Shown here piece after piece: positions 21,238 through 31,194 of a stretch of 64,000 bases of DNA. A program made the position numbers and the translations under genes. The stretch comes from an uncultured Gemmatimonadaceae bacterium (GTDB lineage: Bacteria > Gemmatimonadota > Gemmatimonadetes > Gemmatimonadales > Gemmatimonadaceae). Where the stretch lies: NCBI GenBank assembly GCA_963761305.1, contig CAVXGK010000002.1, positions 3,072,001 to 3,136,000 of the forward strand, read 5' to 3'. Each line of letters opens with the position of its first letter. Position 1 is the stretch's first letter. The notes below the pieces were generated by a model. It did no database searches and had not been told where the DNA came from. It saw only the letters and a program-made list of their open reading frames with translations.

Positions 21238-23493
21238 ATGCGACTTCGTTCTCGATTCGCCGCGTCCGCGGCGTTGCTGTTGTGCGCGACCGCTGGTGCC
21301 GCGACGCTCACCGCGCAAGCCTCGTCGAAGATCGGCGCCGCCGACTACGCGCGAGCGGAACGGGCCATGAGCTACAACGTGACGCCGCTCGTCTTCGGAA
21401 CCTCGGTCCGTCCGACCTGGCTCCCGGACGAGCGGTTCTGGTTTCGCGACCTGACTCCGACGGGAAGCGAGACGATTCTCGTCGACCCCGCCAAGGGCAC
21501 GCGCACGCGTTGCGACAACGAGCCCAACCACTGCGGCATCGACTTTCCGCCGGACAGTGGCGCCGGCCGCGGAGGACGCGGCGGCGGTGGCGGGCGAGGA
21601 GGGCGCGGCGGCGGACGCGCGCCGGAGACGATGTCGCCCGACGGAACCAAGGGCGCCTTCATCCGCGATTGGAACCTCTGGGTTCGCGACGTCGCTACCG
21701 GGCGCGAAACGCAGCTCACCACCGACGGCGTGAAAGACTTCGGCTACGCGACCGACAACGCCGGCTGGCAGAACAGCGAACGCGCGATTCTCCTCTGGTC
21801 GCCCGACTCCAAGAAGATCGCCACGTTCCAGCAGGATCAGCGCAACGTCGGCGAGCTGTACCTGGTCAGCACCAAAGTCGGTCATCCCGAGCTGCACACC
21901 TACAAGTATCCGCTGCCCGGCGACAGCGTCGTCACGATGATCCACCGCGTGATCATCGACCTGAGTGGCGCGACGCCGCGCATGATCCGCCTCCAGATGC
22001 CCGCCGACCAGCACCGCTCCACGCTGTGCGACGACATCGCCTGCCGCGGCTCGTGGTCCGACGTCGAGTGGTACCCGGACGGCGCACACGTCGCGTTCGT
22101 CTCGACGTCGCGCGACCACAAGCACGAGGTCCTGCGCGTCGCCGACGCCATTACCGGCGCGATTCGCGACGTGCTCGAGGAGACGTCGAAGACGCAATTC
22201 GAATCCGGCAACGGCCGCGTGAACTGGCACGTGCTCCCGGCGTCGAACGAAGTGATCTGGTTCTCCGAGCGCGACGACTGGGGCCAGCTCTATCTGTACG
22301 ATCTCACGACGGGCAAGCTCGTTCGCCAGATCACGAGCGGCGTCGGCAACGTGACGCAGCTCGTCCACATCGATCAACCGAAGCGCGAACTCTATTTCAT
22401 CGGCGTCGGCAAGGAGGCGGGGCGCGATCCGTACTTCCGCCACTTCTATAAGATCGGAATGGACGGCAAGGGGCTCACGCTCCTCACGCCCGAGAACGCC
22501 GACCACGACGCATCGCTCTCGCCGAACAACAAATACCTGTTCGACACGCACTCCACACCAACGACGCCGCAGACGACCGTGGTGCGCGATCTCGACGGCA
22601 AGCTGCTCGTCACCGTCGAGAAAGCCGACATCTCGCGCCTGGTCGCCACGGGATGGAAGCCGCCCACGCCGATCACCGTCAAAGCGCGCGACGGCAAGAC
22701 GGACCTCTACGGTCTCATGTTCGTCCCGACGCCGCTCGACTCGAGCAAGAAGTACCCGATCATCAACCACATCTATCCGGGGCCGCAGACGGGCTCCGTC
22801 GGCGGCAGGACCTTCAATCCCGCGCGCGGCGACGCGCAAGGACTCGCCGACCTCGGGTTTGTCGTCGTCGAGATCGATGGCATGGGGACGCCGTGGCGGT
22901 CCAAGGCCTTTCACGACGCGTACTACGCCAACATGGGCGACAACACGCTCCCCGATCAGGTGGCCGCGATGCGCGAGCTCGCCCAGCGCTACCGATGGAT
23001 CGACATCGACAAAGCCGGCATCTACGGCCACTCGGGCGGCGGCTTCGCCACTGCCGACGCGATGTTCCGCTATCCCGACTTTTTCAAAGTTGGTATCTCG
23101 GAATCAGGAAACCACGACAACCGCGTGTACGAGGACGACTGGGGCGAGCGGTACGAGGGACTCGACGACGGCCACAACTACGACGCCGCGGCGAATCAGA
23201 CCGTCGCCAAGAATCTCAAAGGGAAGCTGCTCCTCGCGCACGGCACGCTTGACAACAACGTCCCGCCGAACAACACGCTGCTCGTCGTCGACGCGCTCAT
23301 CAAAGCGAACAAGGATTTCGATCTGCTCATGCTCCCCAACCAGCCGCACGGGTACGGCGCCGAATCCAACTATATGACGCGCCGCCGTTGGGACTACTTC
23401 GTCAAGAACCTCCTCGGCGCGGAACCCCCGAAGGAGTACGAGCTGGGACCGAAACAGGCCGGAAGCCCGCGCGTGACACCCGAGGCCCCGTAG
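21238..23493 (+). CDS. S9B dipeptidyl-peptidase IV family protein, secreted
   Basis: WSPDSKKIA propeller motif, YPGPQ, nucleophile GHSGGG, HGTLDNNV, PHG. SD GAGAGGA upstream. Confidence 0.9.
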   Translation: MRLRSRFAASAALLLCATAGAATLTAQASSKIGAADYARAERAMSYNVTPLVFGTSVRPTWLPDERFWFRDLTPTGSETILVDPAKGTRTRCDNEPNHCGIDFPPDSGAGRGGRGGGGGRGGRGGGRAPETMSPDGTKGAFIRDWNLWVRDVATGRETQLTTDGVKDFGYATDNAGWQNSERAILLWSPDSKKIATFQQDQRNVGELYLVSTKVGHPELHTYKYPLPGDSVVTMIHRVIIDLSGATPRMIRLQMPADQHRSTLCDDIACRGSWSDVEWYPDGAHVAFVSTSRDHKHEVLRVADAITGAIRDVLEETSKTQFESGNGRVNWHVLPASNEVIWFSERDDWGQLYLYDLTTGKLVRQITSGVGNVTQLVHIDQPKRELYFIGVGKEAGRDPYFRHFYKIGMDGKGLTLLTPENADHDASLSPNNKYLFDTHSTPTTPQTTVVRDLDGKLLVTVEKADISRLVATGWKPPTPITVKARDGKTDLYGLMFVPTPLDSSKKYPIINHIYPGPQTGSVGGRTFNPARGDAQGLADLGFVVVEIDGMGTPWRSKAFHDAYYANMGDNTLPDQVAAMRELAQRYRWIDIDKAGIYGHSGGGFATADAMFRYPDFFKVGISESGNHDNRVYEDDWGERYEGLDDGHNYDAAANQTVAKNLKGKLLLAHGTLDNNVPPNNTLLVVDALIKANKDFDLLMLPNQPHGYGAESNYMTRRRWDYFVKNLLGAEPPKEYELGPKQAGSPRVTPEAP

Positions 23494-23535
23494 GCGCGGA
23501 CCTGCCGCGCGATTTCGCCCTGAACAAGAGCCTCG

Positions 23536-25599
23536 ATGATTCCCCGCGCGTTCGCCGCCTTCGCGGCGCTGGCCGTCTGTAGCCCCACACTCTCGCTCCG
23601 CGCGCAGAGCACGCCGCGCGCGCCCGAGCGCGCGATCCGTCGCGACATCCCGCTCACCAACATGATTCGCCACGCCTTCGCCGAAGGCACGCGCGATTCG
23701 ACCGGCCGGCCTGGGCGCAACTATTGGCAGACGTGGATGGACTACACCATCACGGCACGCCTCGACCCGGCGACGTCGACGCTCTCCGGCCGCGAGACGA
23801 TCAAGCTGCACAACGCGAGCGACTCCTCGCTCTCGTCGATCCAGATGCGTCTCGACCAGAACATCTTCCGCGGCGACGTCCCACGCGGCGCGTCCGTGCC
23901 CGCCGAGAACACCGAGGGATTTGTCATCACGAAACTGGCGGTGAACGGCCAGTCCGTCGACCTCAACGCGCCCGCCTTCGGCCGGGGAGGACGCGGCGGT
24001 CGCGGTGGCGGGCCGGCGCCCGCCGAGCCGGTTGCCATCGGCATTCATACGACGTCGGCGCGCATCGTCCTTCCCTCGCCGATCGCGCCCAAGTCCGATG
24101 CGACGCTCGACGTCGAGTGGCATTACAAGCTCGCCGGCGGTCCCGGCCAGGGGCACCGCATGACGTTTCGCTGGGACGACACGCTCTACCAGGTCGCGCA
24201 GTGGTATCCGCGCGTCGCCGTCTACGACGACTTGCGCGGCTGGGACACCGACCCTTATCTGGGTCCGTCAGAATTTTATAACAATTTCGGCCGCTTCGAC
24301 GTGACCGTCGACGTGCCGGCGGGCTGGATCGTCGGCGCTACAGGCGTGCTGAAGAATCCCGACCAGGTGCTCACCCCGGCGGCGCGCGAGCGGCTGTCGC
24401 ACGTGCTCGAGTCCGATTCCACACGGACCATCGTCGGGCCGACCGAGATCGGACCGGGTCAGGCGACTGCCGCCGGCGACCGGCTCACCTGGCACTTCGT
24501 CGCCGACACGGTGAACGATTTCGCCTGGGCCACCGCCAAGCAGTTCGTCTGGCAGGCGACGCGCGCCACGATCCCCGGGCGCGACGCGATTCCCGTCAAC
24601 TTCTACTACCTTCCCGGCCACGCCGCCTCGTACGCCGACGCCGGGGCGATCCTGCGCCATGCGCTGGAGTTTTATTCGAAGTTGTGGATGCCGGATCCCT
24701 TCCCGCAGCACACAATGGTCGATGGCCCCGACAACGGCATGGAGTACCCCATGCTCGTCATGTCGAACGACGGCCCCGCCGACCACGAGACCGGCCACCA
24801 ATGGTGGCCGATGACCGTGAGCAGCAACGAAACGTGGTACGGCTGGATGGACGAGGGATTCAATCAGTACATGAACGTGCTCTCGGCCGCCGACAACCAG
24901 CATCGTCCGCCTGATCTCGACGGGTACGGGCAATCGTACGGCCGCACGAGCGGCGACGAGCACGAGGCGCCGCTGATGTGGGACGCCAACTACGGCGGTC
25001 CGATGTACTCCTTCCAGGCGTACAGCAAAACGCCGCTCATGCTCTCCATGCTCGGCGGGATCGTCGGCGACAGCGCCGTCTGGCGCGCGCACAGCGAATA
25101 CGCGAAAACATGGCGCTTCAAGCATCCGTCGCCATGGGACTACGCGTTCTTCATGAGCAACGCGCTGCGCCGGGACCTCGGCTGGTTCTGGTACTACTGG
25201 CTCTTCACCACCGAGTCGGTCGACGAATCGATTCAGCGCGTGACGACGAATGGTTCGCGCACCGCGGTGACCGTTCGACAAGACGGGCAGATGCCCGCCC
25301 CGGTGATTCTCAGAGTCGAGTTCGCGCCCGGCGCCGGCGCGATTCACAAGATGAGCAACGCCGTCGTGACCGGCGATACGGCCGTCGTGACCTATCCGGT
25401 CGACGTGTGGTTCAACGGCAGCAAAACGTTCAACGCCGAGCTCGACCTCGGCCCTCGCAAGATCACCAAGATCGTGCTCGATCCCCACTGTCGCTTCCCC
25501 GACCGCGATCCGAGCGACAACGTCTGGCCGCGCGGCGCCCCGCCCTCGCAGCCCACGACCGGCGGCCGCGGCGGTCGGGGCCCCGTGTGTTCGAATTAG
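23536..25599 (+). CDS. M1 family metallo-aminopeptidase, secreted
   Basis: PGRNYWQ, AQWYPR, GMEYPM, HETGHQWW, WMDEGFN, WRFKHP. Confidence 0.9.
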   Translation: MIPRAFAAFAALAVCSPTLSLRAQSTPRAPERAIRRDIPLTNMIRHAFAEGTRDSTGRPGRNYWQTWMDYTITARLDPATSTLSGRETIKLHNASDSSLSSIQMRLDQNIFRGDVPRGASVPAENTEGFVITKLAVNGQSVDLNAPAFGRGGRGGRGGGPAPAEPVAIGIHTTSARIVLPSPIAPKSDATLDVEWHYKLAGGPGQGHRMTFRWDDTLYQVAQWYPRVAVYDDLRGWDTDPYLGPSEFYNNFGRFDVTVDVPAGWIVGATGVLKNPDQVLTPAARERLSHVLESDSTRTIVGPTEIGPGQATAAGDRLTWHFVADTVNDFAWATAKQFVWQATRATIPGRDAIPVNFYYLPGHAASYADAGAILRHALEFYSKLWMPDPFPQHTMVDGPDNGMEYPMLVMSNDGPADHETGHQWWPMTVSSNETWYGWMDEGFNQYMNVLSAADNQHRPPDLDGYGQSYGRTSGDEHEAPLMWDANYGGPMYSFQAYSKTPLMLSMLGGIVGDSAVWRAHSEYAKTWRFKHPSPWDYAFFMSNALRRDLGWFWYYWLFTTESVDESIQRVTTNGSRTAVTVRQDGQMPAPVILRVEFAPGAGAIHKMSNAVVTGDTAVVTYPVDVWFNGSKTFNAELDLGPRKITKIVLDPHCRFPDRDPSDNVWPRGAPPSQPTTGGRGGRGPVCSN

Positions 25600-25699
25600 C
25601 GAGCGTCGGCGACCAGTGCTCGGCTCGTTTTGAAGAACGCGGCGCGCCTGGCACGAATTGATCTACAGTCTCGACGTTACGCAACGACAGAATCCGTGA

Positions 25700-27529
25700 A
25701 TGTCCGCTCGAATTGAGGATTACGCGCTCATCGGCGATTGTGAGACCGCCGCGCTCGTCGCGCGCGACGGCTCCATAGATTGGCTGTGCTGGCCGCGCTT
25801 CGATTCGCACGCGTGCTTCGCGGCGCTCCTCGGAGGTCCCGAACAGGGACGCTGGCTTCTCGCTCCCGCTGACGACAAGGCGAAGGTCAGTCGCCAATAC
25901 CGCGACTCGACGATGATTCTCGAGACGACGTTCGAGACCGCGGAGGGCGCGGTGACGGTGATCGACTTCATGCCGCCGCGCGACGGCGAGTCGAACGTCG
26001 TGCGCACCGTGGTTGGACTCCGCGGCTCGGTGGCGATGAAGACCCAGATCATCCTCCGGTTCGGCTACGGATCCATCGTGCCGTGGGTGAGTCGTCTTGC
26101 CGATGACGCGCTTCGAGCCATCGCCGGCCCCGACATGATCGTGATCAAGGCTGACGTTCCCGTGCGAGGCGAGGGTCTCACCACCGTCGCGGACTTCACC
26201 GTCTCGGAGGGCGACCGCGTTTCGTTCGTCATGACGTGGGGCCCGTCGCATCTCGCGCCGCCCAAGCCGATCGATGCGAACCACGCGCTCGAATTCACCG
26301 ACCGGTTTTGGAGAGCGTGGGCCAGTCAGTGCCAGTACACCGGCGAGTGGCGCGACGCGGTGATACGCTCCGTCCTCACGCTGAAGGCGCTCACGTATCG
26401 TCCAACGGGCGGAATCGTCGCCGCGCCGACGACGTCGTTGCCCGAGCAGATCGGCGGCGTGCGCAACTGGGACTACCGTTTCTGCTGGCTGCGCGACGCG
26501 ACGCTCACGCTGCTCGCGTTGATGGACGCCGGCTACTTCCGCGAGGCCGCCGCCTGGCGGGACTGGCTGCTGCGCGCGGCGGCGGGCAGTCCCGACCGCG
26601 TGCAGATCATGTACGGGCTCGGCGGCGAGCGGATGCTGCACGAGTGGGAAGTCCCGTGGCTGCCCGGATATGAGAATTCGAAACCGGTCCGCGTCGGGAA
26701 CGCCGCGCATCTGCAGCTCCAGCTCGACGTGTACGGCGAGGTGATGGACGCGCTCCACCAGGCTCGCCGCGGCGGCTTGCCCGAGATCCCCGAAGCATGG
26801 GCCTTCGAGAAGGCGCTGCTCGGCCAGCTCGAGACGATCTGGGAGAAGCCGGACCAGGGCATCTGGGAAGTGCGCGGCGCGCCGCAGGATTTCACCCACT
26901 CGAAGGTCATGGCGTGGGTCGCCTTCGATCGCGCGATCAAGAGCGCCGAGCAGTTCAACCTCGACGGGCCGCTCGACCGATGGCGTTCGTTGCGCGACGG
27001 CATCCACGAGGAAGTCTGTCGTCGCGGCTACGACGAGTCCGTCGGCGCATTCGTCCAGTCGTATCAATCCCGATTGGCCGACGCGGCCACGCTGCTCATT
27101 CCACTCGTCGGGTTCCTGCCCGCGGACGATCCGCGCGTGGTCGGGACCGTCGCGTACGTCGAGAAGCACCTGCTCGTCGACGGGCTCGTGCTGCGCTACA
27201 ACAGCGAGCACACCGACGATGGGCTCCCCGCCGGCGAAGGCGCGTTCCTCGCCTGCAGCTTCTGGCTCGCCGACACCTACGTGGTGCTCGGCCGTCGCGA
27301 CGACGCGACCCGGCTCTTCGAGCGGTTGCTCGCGCTCCGCAACGACCTCGGTCTGCTCTCCGAAGAATACGACCCGCGGCTCGGGCGACAGGTGAGCAAC
27401 TTCCCGCAAGCGTTCTCACACATCGCGCTGCTCAGCACCGCGTTCAACCTTGGCCACGCCGAGCATCAGCACGCGCCGCGGCCGGCCGAGCAGCGGCCGA
27501 ACCACGCGACCCATCCCACGCCGGCCTGA
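25700..27529 (+). CDS. Glycoside hydrolase family 15 (trehalase/glucoamylase-like)
   Basis: IEDYALIGDC.TAALV, APTTSLPE..GG.RNWDYRFCWLRD, QLDVYGE, GIWEVR, LLSEEYD, NFPQAFSH. Confidence 0.92.
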   Translation: MSARIEDYALIGDCETAALVARDGSIDWLCWPRFDSHACFAALLGGPEQGRWLLAPADDKAKVSRQYRDSTMILETTFETAEGAVTVIDFMPPRDGESNVVRTVVGLRGSVAMKTQIILRFGYGSIVPWVSRLADDALRAIAGPDMIVIKADVPVRGEGLTTVADFTVSEGDRVSFVMTWGPSHLAPPKPIDANHALEFTDRFWRAWASQCQYTGEWRDAVIRSVLTLKALTYRPTGGIVAAPTTSLPEQIGGVRNWDYRFCWLRDATLTLLALMDAGYFREAAAWRDWLLRAAAGSPDRVQIMYGLGGERMLHEWEVPWLPGYENSKPVRVGNAAHLQLQLDVYGEVMDALHQARRGGLPEIPEAWAFEKALLGQLETIWEKPDQGIWEVRGAPQDFTHSKVMAWVAFDRAIKSAEQFNLDGPLDRWRSLRDGIHEEVCRRGYDESVGAFVQSYQSRLADAATLLIPLVGFLPADDPRVVGTVAYVEKHLLVDGLVLRYNSEHTDDGLPAGEGAFLACSFWLADTYVVLGRRDDATRLFERLLALRNDLGLLSEEYDPRLGRQVSNFPQAFSHIALLSTAFNLGHAEHQHAPRPAEQRPNHATHPTPA

Positions 27530-27538
27530 AATCCGGCG

Positions 27539-28381
27539 TCAGTGAATGAACGCGACGCCGTTGCCCGGCGTCGGAAACCGCACGAACACTTCCGGGTCGT
27601 GACCCGGCACGATGAGCCGCGGATTCGACGCGAGGCTCAGCATGCGCGCTTGCGCGCGTAGGTTGGAGGCCGAGTCGAGCGTCTGGGCGATCGGGATGTG
27701 CTTCTCGAGATTCTCGTAGAGGTAGGCGTTGTCCGACGCGAGGACGACGGTTCCGGCGGCCGTCGTCACGGTCGCGAACTCCGAAGCGAACGTGTGTTTG
27801 CCGCCCGTGTACACCGTGATGCCGGGCATGATTTCCTTCGCGTCGCCGTCCACGAGCATCACGCGCCCTTCGCGCGCGATGCCGGCCAGCAGCTTCGCGT
27901 CGCCGGCGTCGATCGCGCGATCGCGCACGGCACCGGTGGAGTCGAGGTGGTGGTCGAACTCCTCGCGCTGCATCCAGACGCGCGCGCGCGGGAAGAGGTC
28001 GATGCCGTCGAGGTGATCCCAGTGCACGTGACTGATGATCACGTCCGTCACGTCCTCGGGCTTGATCCCGAGGCGACCGATCGCTTCGCTCGGCGGAACG
28101 AATCCCGTCGGGTGCCATCGCTTGACGAAATCGTCGCGATGAAAGCCGGCGTCCACGAGAATCGTGCGACCGCCGCCCTTGATCACCCACACCATCATCG
28201 CGAGGTCCATCCGTCGGCTCGTGTCCGCGCCGGCGAGCAACCCCGAGACTCGAAACCCCGGCACCGTCGCGTAGCGAACCGCGTACACCTCGTACATCGG
28301 CGGAGCGTGATCGACGTTCCCCAACCCGCCGACCGCGGCCAGCGCGGCGACGAACGAAATGCGAGAGATCGCGCTGATCAC
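27539..28381 (-). CDS. N-acyl homoserine lactonase-family MBL-fold hydrolase with signal peptide
   Basis: ILVDAG, HVHWDH (HxHxDH), GGKHT, LASD, PGHD. Hydrophobic N-terminus. Confidence 0.78.
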   Translation of the reverse strand: MISAISRISFVAALAAVGGLGNVDHAPPMYEVYAVRYATVPGFRVSGLLAGADTSRRMDLAMMVWVIKGGGRTILVDAGFHRDDFVKRWHPTGFVPPSEAIGRLGIKPEDVTDVIISHVHWDHLDGIDLFPRARVWMQREEFDHHLDSTGAVRDRAIDAGDAKLLAGIAREGRVMLVDGDAKEIMPGITVYTGGKHTFASEFATVTTAAGTVVLASDNAYLYENLEKHIPIAQTLDSASNLRAQARMLSLASNPRLIVPGHDPEVFVRFPTPGNGVAFIH

Positions 28382-28399
28382 GAGTACCTCCCCCTCCGC

Positions 28400-28867
28400 C
28401 TACTCGAAGTCTTTGCCGTAGCGACGCCCCGTGTGATGATAGCCGATTCGCTCGTAGAACGCGTGCGCCGCGACTCGGTGCAGCGCCGTCGTCACGACGA
28501 TGCGCTGGGAGCCCTGCGCGCGCGACCAGCGCTCCGCCTCGGCGACGAGCGCGCGCCCGATGCCGCGCGACCGCTGCGCCTCGTCGACGACGAGCAGCGT
28601 GAGCTGCGCGATCGGCGCTTCGTGATTCATCGTGTGTCGGAGATGGACCGTGGCCAAGCCGATCGGTCCACTCTCCGATTCGGCGATCAGCACGCGCGCG
28701 TTCGGGTCCCGCTGCACGCGCGCCAGCCGCGGCGCCATCGCCGTCGCCCCCGCCGGCGGGTAGCCGAGTTGGGCGCACAATCGCGACATCGCCTCGGCGT
28801 CGTCGGGCCGGGCGTCGCGCACAGGCGTTTCTACTTTTCCCGCCCCGACAGCATCAGTCTTCCGCAT
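28400..28867 (-). CDS. GNAT family N-acetyltransferase
   Basis: LCAQLGYP, LVVDEAQRSRGIGRALV acetyl-CoA motif, AHAFYERIGY. Start position uncertain. Confidence 0.85.
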   Translation of the reverse strand: MRKTDAVGAGKVETPVRDARPDDAEAMSRLCAQLGYPPAGATAMAPRLARVQRDPNARVLIAESESGPIGLATVHLRHTMNHEAPIAQLTLLVVDEAQRSRGIGRALVAEAERWSRAQGSQRIVVTTALHRVAAHAFYERIGYHHTGRRYGKDFE

Positions 28868-28903
28868 TCGCCTGAGTTGAATTGCACGCCGCCGCCACCC
28901 GGC

Positions 28904-30268
28904 TCAATACTTCGCCAAATAGCTCTCCAGTTCCCACGCGCTCACCTGGGTGATGTACTCGCGCCACTCCTGCCGCTTCGCTGCCACGAAGTGCGAGGCA
29001 ATGTGCTTGCCCAGCGCTTCCGTGATCACGTCGTCCTTCTCCAGCTCGTCGAGCGCCTCGTTGAGATCGTGCGGCAGATCGTCGATGCGCAGCCGGCGCT
29101 TCTCTCGAAAGCTCATCTCCCAGATGTTTTCGTTCACCGGCTCGCGATGGTCGGCTTGCGTCTCGATCCCATCGAGCCCTGCCGCCAACATCACGGCGAG
29201 CGCCAGATATGGATTGGCGGATGGATCCGGCATCCGCAGCTCGACCCGCGTGCCCGACTCGCGGCGCTCCGGCACGCGAATCAACGGGGATCGGTTGCGC
29301 ATCGACCACGCCACGTTCACCGGCGCTTCGTAACCCGGTACGAGCCGCTTGTACGAATTCACCAGGGGATTCGTGATCGCGCACATGCCCCGCGCGTGTC
29401 GCAGCAGTCCGCCGATGTACTGGAGCGCCGTGCTCGAGAGCTCCCATTCCGCGTCCTCGTCCCAGAACGCGTTGACGTTTCCGCGGAACAGCGACTGGTG
29501 CGTGTGCATGCCGCTGCCGTTCTGTCCGAAGATCGGCTTCGGCATGAATGACGCGAGCAGTCCGAATTGCGTCGCCACGTGCTTCACCACGAAACGGAAC
29601 GTCGCGATGCTGTCGGCCGTCTTGAGCGCGTCGGCGTAGCGGAAGTCGATTTCGTGCTGCCCATGCGCCACCTCGTGGTGCGCCGCTTCGACCTCGAATC
29701 CCATCTGCTCGAGCGTGTCCACCATCGCCCGCCGCGCGTCCTCGCCGAGGTCGGTCGGCGCGAGGTCGAAGTAGCCGCCCACGTCGTGCGTCGCCGTCGT
29801 TGCGCCTCCGGACGCGTCCGGCCGGAAGAGAAAAAATTCGGCCTCCATCCCCGCGTTCATCGTGAATCCCATCGCCTGTGCCTTGCGAAGCACGGCCTTG
29901 AGACGCCCGCGGGGATCGCCGGCGAACGGCGCGCCGCTCGGGCTGTGGATGTCGCAGATCAACCGGCAGATCCGCTTGTCCTTTTCGCCCCACGGGTACA
30001 CGAGGAACGTGTCGAGGTCCGGCGCGAGGAGCATGTCCGACTCCTCGATCCGCACGAACCCTTCGATCGACGACCCGTCGAACATGATGTCGCCCGCCAG
30101 CGCCTTCTCGAACTGCGACGACGGAATCTCGACGTTCTTGTTGATGCCGAGGATGTCCGTGAACTGGAGGCGCATGAAGCGCACGCCCAGCTTTTCCGTC
30201 AGCTCCAGAATGTCGTTGATCGACGCGCCGGCGGTGTCCGGAGTGAGGGAACGGGAGTGCGGCGGCAG
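28904..30268 (-). CDS. glnA: Glutamine synthetase type I; probable non-canonical CTG start at 30268
   Basis: RLQFTDILG, FDGSSIEGF, EAEFFLF, HHEVA.GQHEI, FMPKP, GSGMHTHQS, NSYKRLVPGYEAP, NRSPLIR, ELRMPDP. The frame stays open 28 codons upstream of the GTG at 30184, up to a CTG preceded by GAGGA. Confidence 0.93.
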   Translation of the reverse strand: MPPHSRSLTPDTAGASINDILELTEKLGVRFMRLQFTDILGINKNVEIPSSQFEKALAGDIMFDGSSIEGFVRIEESDMLLAPDLDTFLVYPWGEKDKRICRLICDIHSPSGAPFAGDPRGRLKAVLRKAQAMGFTMNAGMEAEFFLFRPDASGGATTATHDVGGYFDLAPTDLGEDARRAMVDTLEQMGFEVEAAHHEVAHGQHEIDFRYADALKTADSIATFRFVVKHVATQFGLLASFMPKPIFGQNGSGMHTHQSLFRGNVNAFWDEDAEWELSSTALQYIGGLLRHARGMCAITNPLVNSYKRLVPGYEAPVNVAWSMRNRSPLIRVPERRESGTRVELRMPDPSANPYLALAVMLAAGLDGIETQADHREPVNENIWEMSFREKRRLRIDDLPHDLNEALDELEKDDVITEALGKHIASHFVAAKRQEWREYITQVSAWELESYLAKY

Positions 30269-30344
30269 ATCGTCCTCGCGACGACGGCAGTGGGAAAGGC
30301 TGGCGGACCGCGGGTGTGCTCAACGCTAAGCCAACTCGGGCGCG

Positions 30345-30374
30345 ATTATAAGCCGGAATCGCGAGCGAGGCGAA
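30345..30374 (-). promoter_or_regulatory. Sigma70-type promoter for glnA
   Basis: Perfect TATAAT on the minus strand (30345-30350) with a weak TTCGCC -35 at 18 bp spacing. Confidence 0.6.
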
Positions 30375-30396
30375 CAGTCGTGTAGCTTTACCCGCT

Positions 30397-31194
30397 ATGG
30401 ATCAACCCTCCCCGTCCGCCTCAGCCCCGCAGACGTGCCCCGCCTGCGGGGCAGCGGCGAACGGCCGGTTTTGTTCGACCTGCGGCGCGGCACTTGTCGG
30501 CGTCACGTGCGCCGCATGCGGCGCGGACCTGAGCGCCGGCGCCAAGTTCTGTCATCGCTGCGGAACGCCGGCGGGGCAGTCGGCCGTCCCCGGAGACGCG
30601 CGAAGCTTTTCCAGTGCGTTGCCTTGGAGTGTCGCCGCCATCGCGCTGGTCGCGCTCGTTGCACTCGTCGCCGGCCAGCGCTTCGGCAAATCTTCGAGCG
30701 ACGCGACGGCGCCCCCGCCAAGCGGCGCGGTGGCTGACGACCGGCCGGGTCAACCGCCGGACCTCTCTACGATGACCCCGGCCGACGCGGCGGCTCGTCT
30801 CTACGATCGCCTGATGAGTCTGCACGAACGCGGCGTCACCGACAGCGTTCGCCTCTTCGCTCCGATGGCCATCCAGGCCTACGAGATGCTCGGCACTCTC
30901 AATCTCGACCAGCGTTACGACGTGGGTCGCATCGCGGCGGTCGCCGGCGATCAAGCGACCGCGCGGGCCCAGGCAGACACGATTCTCGCGCAGCATCCGA
31001 ATCACCTGCTGGGTCTCATCCTCGCCGGCAACGCCGCCCGCATGAGACAGGACACGGCCGCCGAGCGCGGTTACCACGAGAAGCTGGTCGCCGCTGCGCC
31101 CGCCGAACGCGCAAAACAGCTCGCCGAGTACACCGAGCACGAGAACGACATCGCCATCGCGCTCGACGCCAAACGCCCCCCGACCCCGCAATGA
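30397..31194 (+). CDS. Double zinc-ribbon membrane protein with a helical C-terminal domain
   Basis: CPAC..FCSTCG..CAACG..FCHRCG, then one TM (WSVAAIALVALVALVAG). ATGA overlap with mqnD. Confidence 0.8.
   Translation: MDQPSPSASAPQTCPACGAAANGRFCSTCGAALVGVTCAACGADLSAGAKFCHRCGTPAGQSAVPGDARSFSSALPWSVAAIALVALVALVAGQRFGKSSSDATAPPPSGAVADDRPGQPPDLSTMTPADAAARLYDRLMSLHERGVTDSVRLFAPMAIQAYEMLGTLNLDQRYDVGRIAAVAGDQATARAQADTILAQHPNHLLGLILAGNAARMRQDTAAERGYHEKLVAAAPAERAKQLAEYTEHENDIAIALDAKRPPTPQ

Noticed and set aside
28854..30323. 489-aa same-strand ORF overlapping glnA in another frame (possible frameshifted start of glnA)
   Set aside because: Low-complexity translation with no SD or slippery site. The in-frame CTG with an SD explains the glnA N-terminus more simply.
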